A DNA stretch of 63,539 nucleotides, filler included, from Choristocarpus tenellus KU-1152 (GCA_964200185.2; 9 parts of 9 records of this genome joined end to end with filler, not necessarily neighbours in it); one strand, 5' to 3'; shown: positions 51,900 to 63,539, counted from the whole stretch's first letter. Notes: generated by a model not told the origin, from the letters alone. Made by a program: numbers and translations.

Positions 51900-53108
51900 C
51901 ACGAGGACAAGCTGGTAAGGAATCAGCCTTGCCTCATATTTTTCAAATCAGAGAAGCAGTGGTTGGATTCTGTCGTCCTTAAGAAGGTCAACATTTTGTG
52001 CCCCACACCATATTGATATCTTCTAGGCATTGGAGTTTATTGTGCTCCAGGGTAGATGTTTCCAAGCCGGGAGGGGACAGACGGGTGATACTATACATTT
52101 GATTGAGCAGCCTGGGGCAGTGGTGTAGTACTCCAAACAGTAATAGTTGATCTCTGAGCATGGGATTACAGAAAGAGGGTTATGAAATAGTCCATTTCTA
52201 CAACTCTAAGCATAAGTGAGCATAGTCAAGAATCAACTCAATGACAGACTTCTTCCCAAACATGTACTTTGTTCTGAATCTCCTAGAGGCAGGTGTGGCA
52301 AAATGTGCTTTGTCAAACTGCAGTTGAATGACAAAACGTGAAAGTAAAAAGTGTGAATTGCTATCTATCTGACTACGGGTGGTGCATGGGGTACATTGGT
52401 GCACTTCCTGCCTTCCCCATGAGGAGTAAGTGGTGAATAATCGGGAGGTCTCTAACTATATGGTGCACCTGCTCTAAGCTCTATAATATTGTTGCACACC
52501 ATACACAACTAATTGTTCATAATATTTATTATAGCACATTCTCAAACTATGATACAGAACATAAAGATTGGGGTTGTACTCTTGCTGGGATGCACCGACA
52601 ATCTGTTGGATAGGAGATGTAGTTCAAAGCAACAGAAAATGACAGTGTCTAATGGAAACAAGAATCGATAGATGAGGATGTGTCAAAATCAAGCCCCAGG
52701 ACCTACAGCATCCTGAAAGAAGACCCATTGCAGGAAGTGGACAATATTGTGGTCTGGAGTACCTTACCAGCGTCCACTACAGGGTCATACACGTACCTGA
52801 ACCTGAGTTACTCTCTTCCTGTACGTGCTATTATCAAGACAATATACTGTAGAGTAGAATTGATTATCATTTGCATACTGGGGTTTGTACAAGTTGGTGA
52901 AATTCCTGTACTGGAACACACCAAGAACATACTCTGAGGGATAGAAAACAAGAAGGAAGATTGTAAGTACATTCTTGAAAATATTTCAAACTTTTCTACT
53001 TTATCGTCTATATTGTCTTCTGTGTTGCTCATAGTGTTTACTCAAAGACCTTCAGTATAGTGCAGCAGAAACCACCACATGCTTCTCATGAACTGGTCGT
53101 CATCCTGA
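51900..53108 (-). CDS. Hypothetical gene with tiny exons and ~80-160 bp introns, 5' cut by gap
   Basis: Phase-consistent chain QDDDQFMRSMWWFLLHYTE|EYVLGVFQYRNFTNLYKP|QYVYDPVVDAGK|IVGASQQ|EDLPIIHHLLLMGK|FDKAHFATPASRRFRT|KDQLLLFGVLHHCPRLLNQ (exons 53108-53050, 52933-52879, 52796-52763, 52602-52580, ...); one donor would have to be GC. Confidence 0.45.
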
Positions 53109-53633
53109 NNNNNNNNNNNNNNNNNNNNNNNNNNNNNNNNNNNNNNNNNNNNTTAATTAATTAANNNNNNNNNNNNNNNNNNNNNNNNNNNNNNNNNNNN
53201 NNNNNNNNAAAAGTGGAAGATAAAGTAAGGAGGGGGAAAGGAAGAATGGGCATCCAAGTCAAAAGGGGGGGGGGGGTCCTTGTAATCAAATCATTCATAT
53301 TCTAATAACTCACCACTCATTCTGTGTTAATTGCTACAATATTCCTTTTTTAGGATTCTTGTTGTTGTACTGTAATAACCCAGACAATTTTCTCATGACC
53401 ACCCAACAGAAACATTCCAATCAATTATCCCGTCATCAAACAATAGTCCAACAACTGATTGTTTCTCCTACAGGATCTTCTTTTACACATGAATAAAAGC
53501 ATATTCTTGACAGTGGTATTTTGGTCCGTCCATCTACGGCAGGATACCCAAAGCATGAGTTGCCCTCAAAAAAATCACACCAACTTTGATTATGCTCGTA
53601 CCTCTTACTACACAAAACATTGCCAGAATGGAA

Positions 53634-53810
53634 GGCTCATAGTATCTAGGGGTGGTGGTGGCTGTCCAGTTGGAGCCCATTTTTCCATGTCGTGATTTTT
53701 GGGTGATTTGGATTGCATGCGTCAAATGCATAATGTAAGTGCACTTTTCCTGGTCAGGGCCCAAGTGAACACCCTGGTGTAGACCCCCCCACCCCCAGAT
53801 ACTTTGAGCC
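53634..53810. mobile_element. MITE subfamily D
   Basis: GGCTCATAGTATCTAGGGGTGG...CCACCCCCAGATACTTTGAGCC; flanks GGAA/GTAA. Confidence 0.88.
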
Positions 53811-54017
53811 GTAAGGAGGAGAGTATTACGGAGATGTGCACACCAAGACCCTCCAAGCAATAAAAAAAACTACCCATTATACACTTCAACAAAAACAAAA
53901 TCAGTCCAGTGCATCCCCCCCATCAGGCTGCGGTCACCCCCCATCACCACCAAACAATCACACAACAAAGCTACATAACCGCTGGTCCACATCACATCAC
54001 ATCACATCACAACTCAC

Positions 54018-56196
54018 CGAACTGGACCGGTGCCGCATAGCCAGCGTACAACGCGAAGATCACGATGAAGGCTGTGATAGCTGTAGTCACCAGGAGGAAC
54101 CTACGGACTGGAGACTGTCTCGGGAGAGCATCAACATCGTCACTCAACTCCACCACTTCACTGCTGTCTGATCGGTGACGATAGCAGGTGGCCCGGAAGA
54201 GGAGAAACAGCAGACGGCAAATGTAGACGGTCACCAGGAAGAACAGGAACCCCTTGGCAAATGCAAAAGAATCCAGATCTGACAATGCGAACCAGGCAGA
54301 CGGGTCAGTGCAGTGTTGAGAGGGGGAAGAGAGCCAGCTTCGACACTAAGGTAGTAGTCTAAAAAAAAACTAGTTGGCGCACAGAACAGAGCTGGGAGTT
54401 GCTTGGGGGTATCAGCGGGTGAGGTGATGTTCACATCTGGGAGGGAGGGGGGGAGGGAGGGAGGGAGGGTGGTTTGGAGACCCTTTTTGTTTGTTCGGAT
54501 GGTGCCTTTCATGATCTACACAAAAAATCGATGCGTAGAGAGAGATAGGCAAGGGGATAGATCAATCCCATGCCTCTCAAGGTAATAATATAGAGGACAA
54601 AGATTACTGGAAAGGTCGACGAGCTTTAGTCTCTTTTTAACTTTTCACCCTTCTCACCTCAATGTTAAAAAATACCCTTTTATTTTTAATGCGCACCAAA
54701 AATAAAAATAAAAATAAAACTGCCACCCCTGCAACGTTTGGCTCTAGGAGGATCAAGTCAATGATTCAAAGTCACGGCACGTCGAGAAGGCTCTAGCATA
54801 GCAATGGTGCTGTGTTGCATGTAAGAGTTGACATGATGAGCCTTTCACCATTAGACACTTACATCCGACGGTGAAGCCACCGTTCATAGGTAGAAGAGGG
54901 TACAAGCAGGGGAGTAAACGCATGAAGGATAACAACTCCCATGAAGTATCAAATAAAGCCACCTTGAGATGGTAAGAAACCTACTACAGTTAACAAAAAA
55001 ATCTGATCTCTTCGGAGAACTCTGGGGCATACCCCAAAAAGGTATACCTTACATTACATACCTCTATATGTGGGAGTGGATGGATTCCCTGCTTGCCTTA
55101 CCCGAACATAGCTAAGCGACCAAAACACAAACCAAAAAAAGGGCATTCAGAAGGTGACAAATGCCCATGGGTACCCACACATGTCATGGCAGGCAGAGAA
55201 GGGGTAGTGGGGGGAATGAGGGCAACCACAAAAGAACATAAATGAAAACGACAAAGATTGTTCAAGAGATTTTCAAGACATTTAAGAGTTCAAGACAAAG
55301 ATGTGGAGGCAATGGTATCTGATTTGAGGTGGACTCCCCAATGCTGTTACATCACATTGCATGCAACTTACTAGGACCACATCAAATTTCTTTGTCAGTG
55401 GAGGTTAGTACAGGGATTTACAATAATGGGACAGGCGTACTTTGAAGTATCACCTTGTAGTGTACGTGTGTGCGCATTCACATAAAAGGAATAGGAAGGC
55501 ACAAAAACTTGCACAGAATCACAAATGTAAATAAATGCCCATGCCCATCCCATCTCCACCACGCCCACTCTCTGCCCTGGCACTCCGCTACCCTTGCAAG
55601 AAAACAGAATGCAACACGGCATGATGGCAAAGACCATCTCTCTATACACCTCAAAACCTACATGAAGATGAGAATCATGACAATCCAAAGGGAACCCAGA
55701 AACGCCTTTTCCACCACACTAGCAGGAGCAGAGAGAGACCCCTTGACCACCTCCTCTCCACCAGCTGCCACCAAGCTGCTGGTGCTGCTCCTGCAAATGT
55801 TCAACACAGGTAAAAAAAAAAAGCAAAAAAAGCAAAAAAAAGGAGACGGCGCTTAGCCCACACGAGGCGTCAGTTACAGCAAAGTGCCCCTTAGGAACGG
55901 GGGGAGGAGGAAGTAGAAACACTCGCTCACAAGAAAGCGCACAGAATTTTTCTGTTCAAAGACCAACCAACCACATTTATTCTGCCTCCCGTTTCTTCAA
56001 TGTCATCTAGACCCACAACAATAGAGTCCACGCTACAGTCGCGCATCCCCCTTCAGACCCGGAGTCACCCCCACTGCCCTGACCTGGCGCCCATGCTGCG
56101 GAGATACTCAAGCCAGTACGCCAGCAGAAGACACAGGAAACCCGACACAGCAACTACGTACCAATTCAAGCACCCACGCGAGGCATCGGAATACAC
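54018..56196 (-). CDS. Multi-pass membrane protein, partial (possibly the N-terminal TM region of a TMPPE-like metallophosphoesterase); exons 56196-56084, 55790-55662, 55111-55102, 54962-54863, 54278-54018
   Basis: In-phase chain with four or five hydrophobic helices ending ..FALYAGYAAPVQF; the product guess rests only on this TM-GxxxP ending. Confidence 0.65.
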
Positions 56197-56772
56197 CTGC
56201 AAAAAAAAAAGACAAGAAAAAGGAGGGAAAAAAAAGAAGATGATAATGAAGATGGCAATGGCCATGGGGGTGGGGCGTTCCACGGACTCTAGCAGGGGTC
56301 CTCCTTGCTCGGTATGCAGTGCATGAACTGAAGCCAAATTGAGCGGTCTTGCTCTTCCCTTGTCCATGGAGCTGCAAGGTGCGAGGCAATCCAATTGGAG
56401 CTCTACAAGCAGCAACACAACAGATACAAATGGGCAGCACACACTCCAGCTGTACCTCTTGAGATTGTACGTACTCTTACGATTTTAAACCTCTGTGTCT
56501 GAAGAAGGAAAAACTTGGATGTATATGTTAAGCACGCATCACTTCTCCTGTTGCCAGAGGTAGAGTGCAATCTGCGCTGTTTTTGCAGCAAAAAAATGTA
56601 AGTTACTTTTTTTTTTCCAAAATCTTTTAATACAACTGTATCCAAACAGTGATGGTACTAACCCTAACCCTANNNNNNNNNNNNNNNNNNNNNNNNNNNN
56701 NNNNNNNNNNNNNNNNTTAATTAATTAANNNNNNNNNNNNNNNNNNNNNNNNNNNNNNNNNNNNNNNNNNNN

Positions 56773-59627
56773 GGCAGTGAAGACTCCGTGCCCAGGGCAA
56801 TATACAAGAACCTGCAGCGGCAAGCCCGCATCACCACAAAGGTGAATTGTTATCCTTAGCAGGTATCAGCAGCAGCAGTACTGAGCCTGGTGAGAGTTGT
56901 TGAAAGCATAGATGAGGAAGATCTGTCTGATCGAAAGGTTCACTCTTGCTGAGGTCAAAGGTAGGTTGAGGTAAGATAATGTGAGGCTCAAAGAAGTGTT
57001 GTTTGAGATGCTTTTTGGATGTCGTGGATGACCACTAGTAAGCTGAGTTATGAGGTGAGGTGACAATAAATTTCGTCAGACCTTGATCTTTTTGTAGCAA
57101 CTGTGATCACATCAAACCTCTCCTCTTGCAAGTGTGCTCATTGTACTCAATAGAGCTAACCCTGAGCTCCGGCTGTATCTCTTTTTGTAAGCAGGAACTG
57201 TCTGATTTGCAGCAGCAGGCTGATCTGGAGAAGAAGGAGCTGTTGGTCCAGTATCAACATGCTGCCCGTGCCAGGTCTTCCGCTGAGGAACAGATTCGTG
57301 TACAAAGGGAGGAACACAATGAGGCCTCACAAACCATAGCCAACGTACTGTTTTGTAGCAACTGTGATCATTTCAAACCTCTCCTCTCGCAAGTGTGAGC
57401 ATTGTACATAATAGAGCTAACCCTAAGCTCCGTCTGCATCTCTTTTGTAAGCAGGAACTGTCTGATTTGCGGCTGCAGGCTGATCTGGAGAAGAAAGAGC
57501 TCTTGGCCCAGCATCAACATGCTGACCGTGCCAGGTCTTCCGCTGAGGCATAGATTCGTGTACAGAGGGATGAACACAATGAGGCCTCACAAACCATGGC
57601 CAAGGTACTGTCCTGTCAGGCAATGACTCGAGATGTGAGGAATTGGATTTGTTTCAAAGAATTGCAGATTGACATACGATCAGATACTGGCAGTTATCGA
57701 GGTAATTTGAGTCGGATATGCCGAGTGACATATTTAGATTGGTGAATACTACTAGGAAGGCTTTTTTTCTTGAGCTGTTTAAGTGAAGAAGCAGGTAGTT
57801 TGTGTCCTATTAATATATGAGAAGGGTTTTACTGTACCCTGCATGGGTGCTTTCTATTTCCGGAGACAAAAAACACAATTGATGATTGATTTCCTCCACA
57901 TGATTACTGGCATGTCTCTTGATTAATGTGGGTACTCCTATATCCTGAGCTGAGTTTTTCTCTTGTCTGAGAGGGTTGAGAAAGGCTCGTGGGCTAATCA
58001 TGTGCTCTCTCTTCCTGTGCCCATCAATAATCCCGACTAGGAAATGGACAAGCTGCGGCTCGAGCTTGCAGCTGAGAGGGCCAAGTCAGCAAACATGATG
58101 GAAGAGCTTCATGTTCTGCGAGCATCCTCTGTGCATGTGAGTTTCACTGGCAAGCAATGTTGAGTTGTTGGGAAGTGGGCAATCAAATGCAAATATCTGC
58201 CTTGATGCTTTACAGTAGGGCGCAAATATAGCAGGCACCTTTGAAACACATGCCTATTGCATTTGGATGTGATGTTTCTGAGTACAAAATTCTAGATGGA
58301 TGGAACTCTAACGTTTTGTTGTTGTGGTTGAGTGTATCTAACATTCCTGAACCCCAGCTCAGCTTGGCGTTTTTCTTTTTTAATTGCTGCTCACCCAATG
58401 TTGAATACATGATAATATATATGAGCCAACCTTGACACTGTGTTGCCTTCTGCTATCCAGGTTCACTGCACTCCAGAACCCACTTGTGAGTCCCCTCACC
58501 TGATGGCAATACCGGACAAGGAGAATACGACTCCTAGACTCTGCCAAAAGCCAAGTGCCAGGGTGCGCACTCCACTCGGGGACATTCGCCCTGCTGCGCT
58601 TCAAGGTAGTTGGGTGGAGGACCAAATTTTGATTGATCTGATTAATGCTTTGCAATCGTGTGAAGAGGTTGATTCTGTCACTGACGTCCAAGGAACATGG
58701 CTGAGGGGGGGCCTGCATATATATTTTTGTTGTTTGGTCGTGTATTGGGTGGAGATATTTCCGTGAATGTTTAAGTAGTGATAAATATTGTGTGACCTTT
58801 GACCCTTCCTTCCGCTGTTGGCATTGCTTGTTGTTCGTGTCCTTGACAGTCTCGTCAGGCAAGGTGGGATCACAGGTGGCTTCTCCTTACTGTGTCACCA
58901 GGGATAGAAAGGAAGCTGCCTCCCAGATGTCCAGAGCATCCTCATCGGTGGCAAGGGCATCAGGAAAGGTCACTGAGGAGCAAGAACGGGTGCAGGGTGT
59001 AAGCAGCAGGACAAGCACAACAAGGGAGGTCAGGACAAACAGGTAGGTTGCTATCAATATTGTAGTGTAATTTCCACTTGTGCAACTCTCTTGAATGGCA
59101 TGTTGGTTTAGTATTTTGATGCTGGGCCACAAAATGTGTAGTTAGTCCACTGTGATGTATTTTGGGTGGGGAAGATGGGCTTGAACCCAGTCAATCTTTT
59201 GCCCACCGGCTGAAGGATCGCTTCTCATGCTGTGTGTTCTGTTTCAACCACTTGCATTGATCAACACCATGCCCTCCACCTGTGCATTTGTGTCCCTCAT
59301 TCACACCCACACCCACATCAGGACTTTGACCAAGACATCAGCAACGACCAGGGCAGGGACTGGGCTGCGGACTAGGTGAGTTAATTTGGTCCTGTATACA
59401 CATATATATATATGTGTGTGTGTGTTGTGCTGTATGGAGGAGTTCCCCCCCCTCTACCTTAGTGATACATACCACTGAAATTGGTGTCCTTGACATCTCT
59501 GACTCATACCAAAATGTAATTTGCTCTGTTTGTGTGTGACCCCTCTCCTGCTTTTTTTCTTTTCAGGGCAGTGACAAGGACATCTACAGCGTTCACCGGG
59601 GGGCCAGCGAGAGGGACCAGGTGGTGA
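56773..59627 (+). CDS. Coiled-coil protein with basic Ser/Thr/Arg tail, 3' part; exons 56773-56841, 57195-57344, 58041-58136, 58461-58605, 58850-59042, 59322-59375, 59567-59627
   Basis: All junctions canonical and in phase if duplicate exon 57455-57604 is skipped; contains KEN and RTPLGDI motifs. Confidence 0.7.
57091..57610 (+). repeat. 260-bp tandem duplication of intron end plus 150-bp exon
   Basis: Two ~90%-similar copies by eye, period 260. Confidence 0.95.
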
Positions 59628-60065
59628 CATGAAGTTTCAGAATTGCTGGTGTGGAGATGAAAATATGTTTTGATTTCCATTTCCCTTGCTTTTATTTAGC
59701 GGTGTGTTGAGGGGCATCCACCAATCCCTATGTCAGCAGGAGGGTGAGGTTGAGATTTTTTTTGTTGGACTGTCACCTGTGCTTTCTTGGCTGTGTTTTA
59801 TCTTAGCCAGTGGTTCTATGACTTGGACTTTTCCAAATTTCCATTGCCGAGCAGCCTTACAGGAAATATTATTATTGTTGTTATTATTATTATTATTTTT
59901 ATTAATATTGATAGCATTGTTTGGTTGTGTTTGCTGTTTCTCAAGTGATTTGGCGTGAGTGACTTCCTGGTGTGGGAGTCCATTGCAACCGTCCTAGACC
60001 ACACCACTTGTTTGTTTTTACTATTTACCAAACTTGTTGTCTGTGGTGAGTGATTTTACGCATAT

Positions 60066-60089
60066 GACCCAAAGTATCTGGGAGGGGGG
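60066..60089. mobile_element. MITE subfamily D terminus at contig end
   Basis: GACCCAAAGTATCTGGGAGGGGGG, identical to 14554-14577. Confidence 0.85.
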
Positions 60090-60189
60090 NNNNNNNNNNN
60101 NNNNNNNNNNNNNNNNNNNNNNNNNNNNNNNNNTTAATTAATTAANNNNNNNNNNNNNNNNNNNNNNNNNNNNNNNNNNNNNNNNNNNN

Positions 60190-63100
60190 GTTACTGGTAT
60201 CCTGCATTCTATACAAGTAACACAATGCGGCATGATCTGTGATGCAGGTGAAGTGTCTACCCCAAAGATACGGTCGCCAATGCGTGATGGCTGTAACGAC
60301 TGCATTGTAACGACTGCATAACACTCTCTTAATGTAGCTGAATAATGACATTCAGCATTAAATTTCTTGCTGAAGTATGCAATGATACCTAGGTCTGCAG
60401 GATTATCGGATCGAGGTTGTGCTAAAAACCCTCCAGCACCACTCTCACTAGCGTCAACATGGATGATGAATTCTTTGGTATATTCAGGAAACACGAGAAC
60501 CGGGGCAGCAGTGAGTAATTGTTTAACTTTAAAAAACACCACATCCTGGTCCAATCCCCTTTCTTTATCCACTCTCTTATTGACACCTTAGTGAGAAAAA
60601 CTAGCGGTTCGATTGCTGTGGCTAAGTTGGGTATGAATTTATGCACAAAATTTATCATACCTAGGACAGATCGAAGTTCTTTGATGGTGGTGGGTTTGGG
60701 TAATTCAGTGATTGCACGGACACGATCCTCACCGATACGAATCCCTTCAGACAATAAAATGTGGCCCAGGTAACGTACTTCTTTGGGTTCAAACTTGATT
60801 TTTGATGATTTCAAAATTAAACCTGCTGCTTGTAACGCTTTGAACTGCTGTTCTAGTAAGTGTACACGTCCTTCCCATGTGGGAGAAACAAGCAATCAGA
60901 TCATCCACGTAAACTAGCAACCCACTCAATGGACCAAAGTTGGCAAAGGCTAACGACATTATTCTTTGAAATTGCCAAGGGACTGTTGAGAAGCTTGGCG
61001 CACGTAAGGCTCGTCGCCAGAAGCTAGCAGTTTAATTACATGGTAAACCACACACTGAATTATTAATTGCCCGTCAACCATCCATGATCGCTGGCGTGTG
61101 TGGATTAATGTTGACTTATTATATTTTATATACGTACGTATTCTGCATCATACCTAACCAATTATAAACATATAACCTATGTTGTATACATTATATGTTG
61201 TATATTGTATACTTGCGTCAGCACAAACAACGTAAGGATAACACTAGGTTATTCGACAGGGGCATTTGATATCCAAAGGGCATCCTCTTAAAAACGTTTT
61301 TGCCTCTAGACGTGACAAAAGCAGTTTTGTCAATGTCATCCTCAGCAATAGGAATCTGCCAATATGCACTCTGAATAGCACAAACGGTGATAAATTTTGC
61401 ACCCCCAACAGTATCAATATGAGACTCTATATCAGGCATAGGCCAAGACTGTTGAACAAGGTGTTTGTTAACAGTTGACCTATAGTCCACACAGAATCGT
61501 GGGGAGCCATCAGATTTGGCCACAATAGTAACAGGACTACCCCAAGGGCTGGCACGTTTTTCAATAATGCCTTGCTCTTCCATAGTATTAACACACGAGT
61601 CAATTACTTCTTGAGTACGGGGGTTTGCTCTGTAAGGGTTCCTGTCAACAGGTTTGGTACCAGGCTCAATAGGAATTTCTGCTTTTGCTAGGGTACATCT
61701 GTCTAGTTCTGCTGCATTCAACGAAATACCGATCTATAACAAGCACAGAAGTCTAAGAGCTGAGACACTTGTGACTGATTGAACGTGGTATCTTTGAATG
61801 AGTTTGACTTGGTGAAGGCTTGATGTAACTCTTCTCTAGCTTTACTGAATGGAGCAGAATCAGTATTTAGAGCACTAATAGTAATTGGTACCTGATCTGA
61901 AATAGGAGTTAAGTGACCTATCACGAGATTCTTCCTGATACGTACTTTCCGTGTTGTTGGATTTGCCATTTGAACCAATACTGATCTATTACTTGCTGAC
62001 CAAGTACTGAGGGTGCGAGCAGCTACAATACGATTCCATGGATTTGTAGGTTCAGTGGTTTGATCTACAGCAAGCATGGAGTGTATGACTGGCTCCACTA
62101 CTACGGCAGTATCCAATGACCGACTAGTATCAGTTGTGCAACGTACGATGATTTCATGACCAGCTGGTATGCTATACTGTTTATGTACACGGACAGGTAC
62201 AGGGTCAAAATCATGTTGCACACTCACCACAGAACACGAAGGAGTTGTACTTGTATCACATACTTGAGTGGGGCTCCTTGTCATGTGATGTCTTGCTGGA
62301 ATGGTAAACGAACTGTTGTGAAATGAAAGACGTTCTTGCCAATCAAGGATTGCACCGAAGGCCTGCATAACACTATTATCAAGCAGAATTTTATCGGGAC
62401 CAAGTTGGGGAATCACTAAAGCTTCAACTGGCAATGTGGTGTCACCAAGTGTAAGTGCAAAACGAATAAATCCACGAATATGCAAAGGTGAACCATTTGC
62501 TGCACGTAGATTTATTGCACCAGGTGGGACAGGATGCACATCAAAACGTTTCAGTTGAGGGTGATTGCGAACAAATATTTCAGAAATACATGGTACATCA
62601 CTGGCTGTGTCAATTGTCAAGTCATTTTCCTCTTGTTCTTCAACGGTGCCCGATACACGAACTCTTTGTGATGAAAACGACAAAGGTTTGGGCATGGATG
62701 GGTATCTGCACAAAGAACTGTTGAACCAAGTTTCATTATTATCACACGAGTTTGGTTGAACTAAAGGCAAAGAAAAATGCTTAGTGACACGTGTGCAGGC
62801 AATAAACGATGCCTGCGGGGCAAGAGGTACGACTGGCGTCAACCTCTGACGCTTGCCACTCCCTACGATGGTGTCAACAACAACACCATGGCTGTTCCCA
62901 AGTGGACAGGAGTCAAATCCACCTGGGCATCCCTAGGGACGCGGACCATAATGGCCAGGTGTTGACTCACTGTCGTCACGAACACGAACACGTCTGCCAC
63001 GACCTCTGCCTCTACGACGCAATTGTGGGTTCCGAGCACCTCGTGGATTGTCTAGGCACGACTGAGTAGTATGACCCTCACGAGTCGTTGCCTGACAACC

Positions 63101-63539
63101 CGGGTACTCGCACACACTATTTTGCTGATCAATAGTGTACGTCGAACTGGATGGCAAGGCTGAGTCTCGTGACGTGTCATGGGGTCGTAATTGCCTGTCA
63201 ACGTGCATGGCTGAGGGAGGTGGACCCTGCGACAACCGAGCTGGGGTCCTGTTAAGGTTTGCCTCCCCTGCTCGGTGACGTCCCACCTCCGTACGTAGCC
63301 TTTGGCATTCACGTTGAGCTTGCTCAAGTTCACTACGAGGAACCTGTGCATGACGAGAATTGAAAGTAACAGCTGTTGAAACCTGAATCGAATGCATTGT
63401 AGGAACTGGTGAACTCTTGGCGGATGTTGTGTAGGGTGTGGTAGGTGGAGATGTCGCGTCCTGTATACTCGCCGCCGTTATCCGAGCAGAGTGTCTTGAT
63501 GCGGTACCCAGTGTTGGCAGTGACGTCAGTGCAGTAGTG
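60190..63539 (-). mobile_element. Ty3/gypsy LTR retrotransposon internal region (gag end, protease, RT, RNase H), frameshifted
   Basis: Protease TIDTAS; RT SPWGSPVTIVAK..G..RFCVDYR, AYWQIPI, KTAFVT, RMPFG, VYVDDL, YLGH; RNase H APVL.FP..KEFIIHVDAS, IIAYFSK, YSATLREC, WRPYLWGRHF..ITDH; order PR-RT-RH. Confidence 0.95.
60984..61258. mobile_element. Solo LTR nested in the gypsy RT
   Basis: TGTTGA...TCGACA termini, 5-bp TSD GGGAC/GGGGC; removing it restores MPFG-x-SNAP-WQFQR. Confidence 0.85.

Noticed and set aside
40425-53108. Integrated giant-virus (phaeovirus) segment
   Set aside because: No viral hallmark genes seen, and candidate genes are intron-rich rather than compact.
56658-56672. True telomere at contig end
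   Set aside because: Only about 2.5 units, wrong orientation for a right-hand chromosome end, and similar short runs occur in introns.

Overview
Eukaryotic nuclear DNA (~43-45% GC by eye, GT-AG introns mostly 0.2-2.5 kb, TTAGGG-type repeats, a flagellar gene). A stramenopile/brown-alga-like host is my inference. The window is not contiguous: nine contigs are joined by eight identical 100-bp spacers (44 N + TTAATTAATTAA + 44 N), so most genes are partial. Spliced models assembled by hand with phase-consistent junctions: DRC3/LRRC48 3' end, a soluble-type adenylyl cyclase (with a GC-AG intron), a cyclin T/K/L-type gene, a Methyltransf_16 methyltransferase, the tyrosyl-tRNA synthetase 3' end, a multi-TM protein with a 10-nt micro-exon, a coiled-coil protein with a tandemly duplicated exon, and several hypothetical genes. 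Mobile DNA: at least 15 copies of related ~180-270 bp MITEs sharing a GRSYCAAAGTA-like TIR with mixed 3/4-bp TSDs, a decayed DD39D-type mariner, a decayed LINE, and a Ty3/gypsy element carrying a nested solo LTR. Most unusual items: an alphaproteobacterial-type ferrochelatase relic, an AT-rich group II intron RT-like relic inside the cyclin intron, and an intronless ~900-codon signal-anchor/RG/acidic-repeat frame broken by two TAA stops. I found no convincing complete novel multi-gene system. All family assignments come from motif recognition, not database searches.
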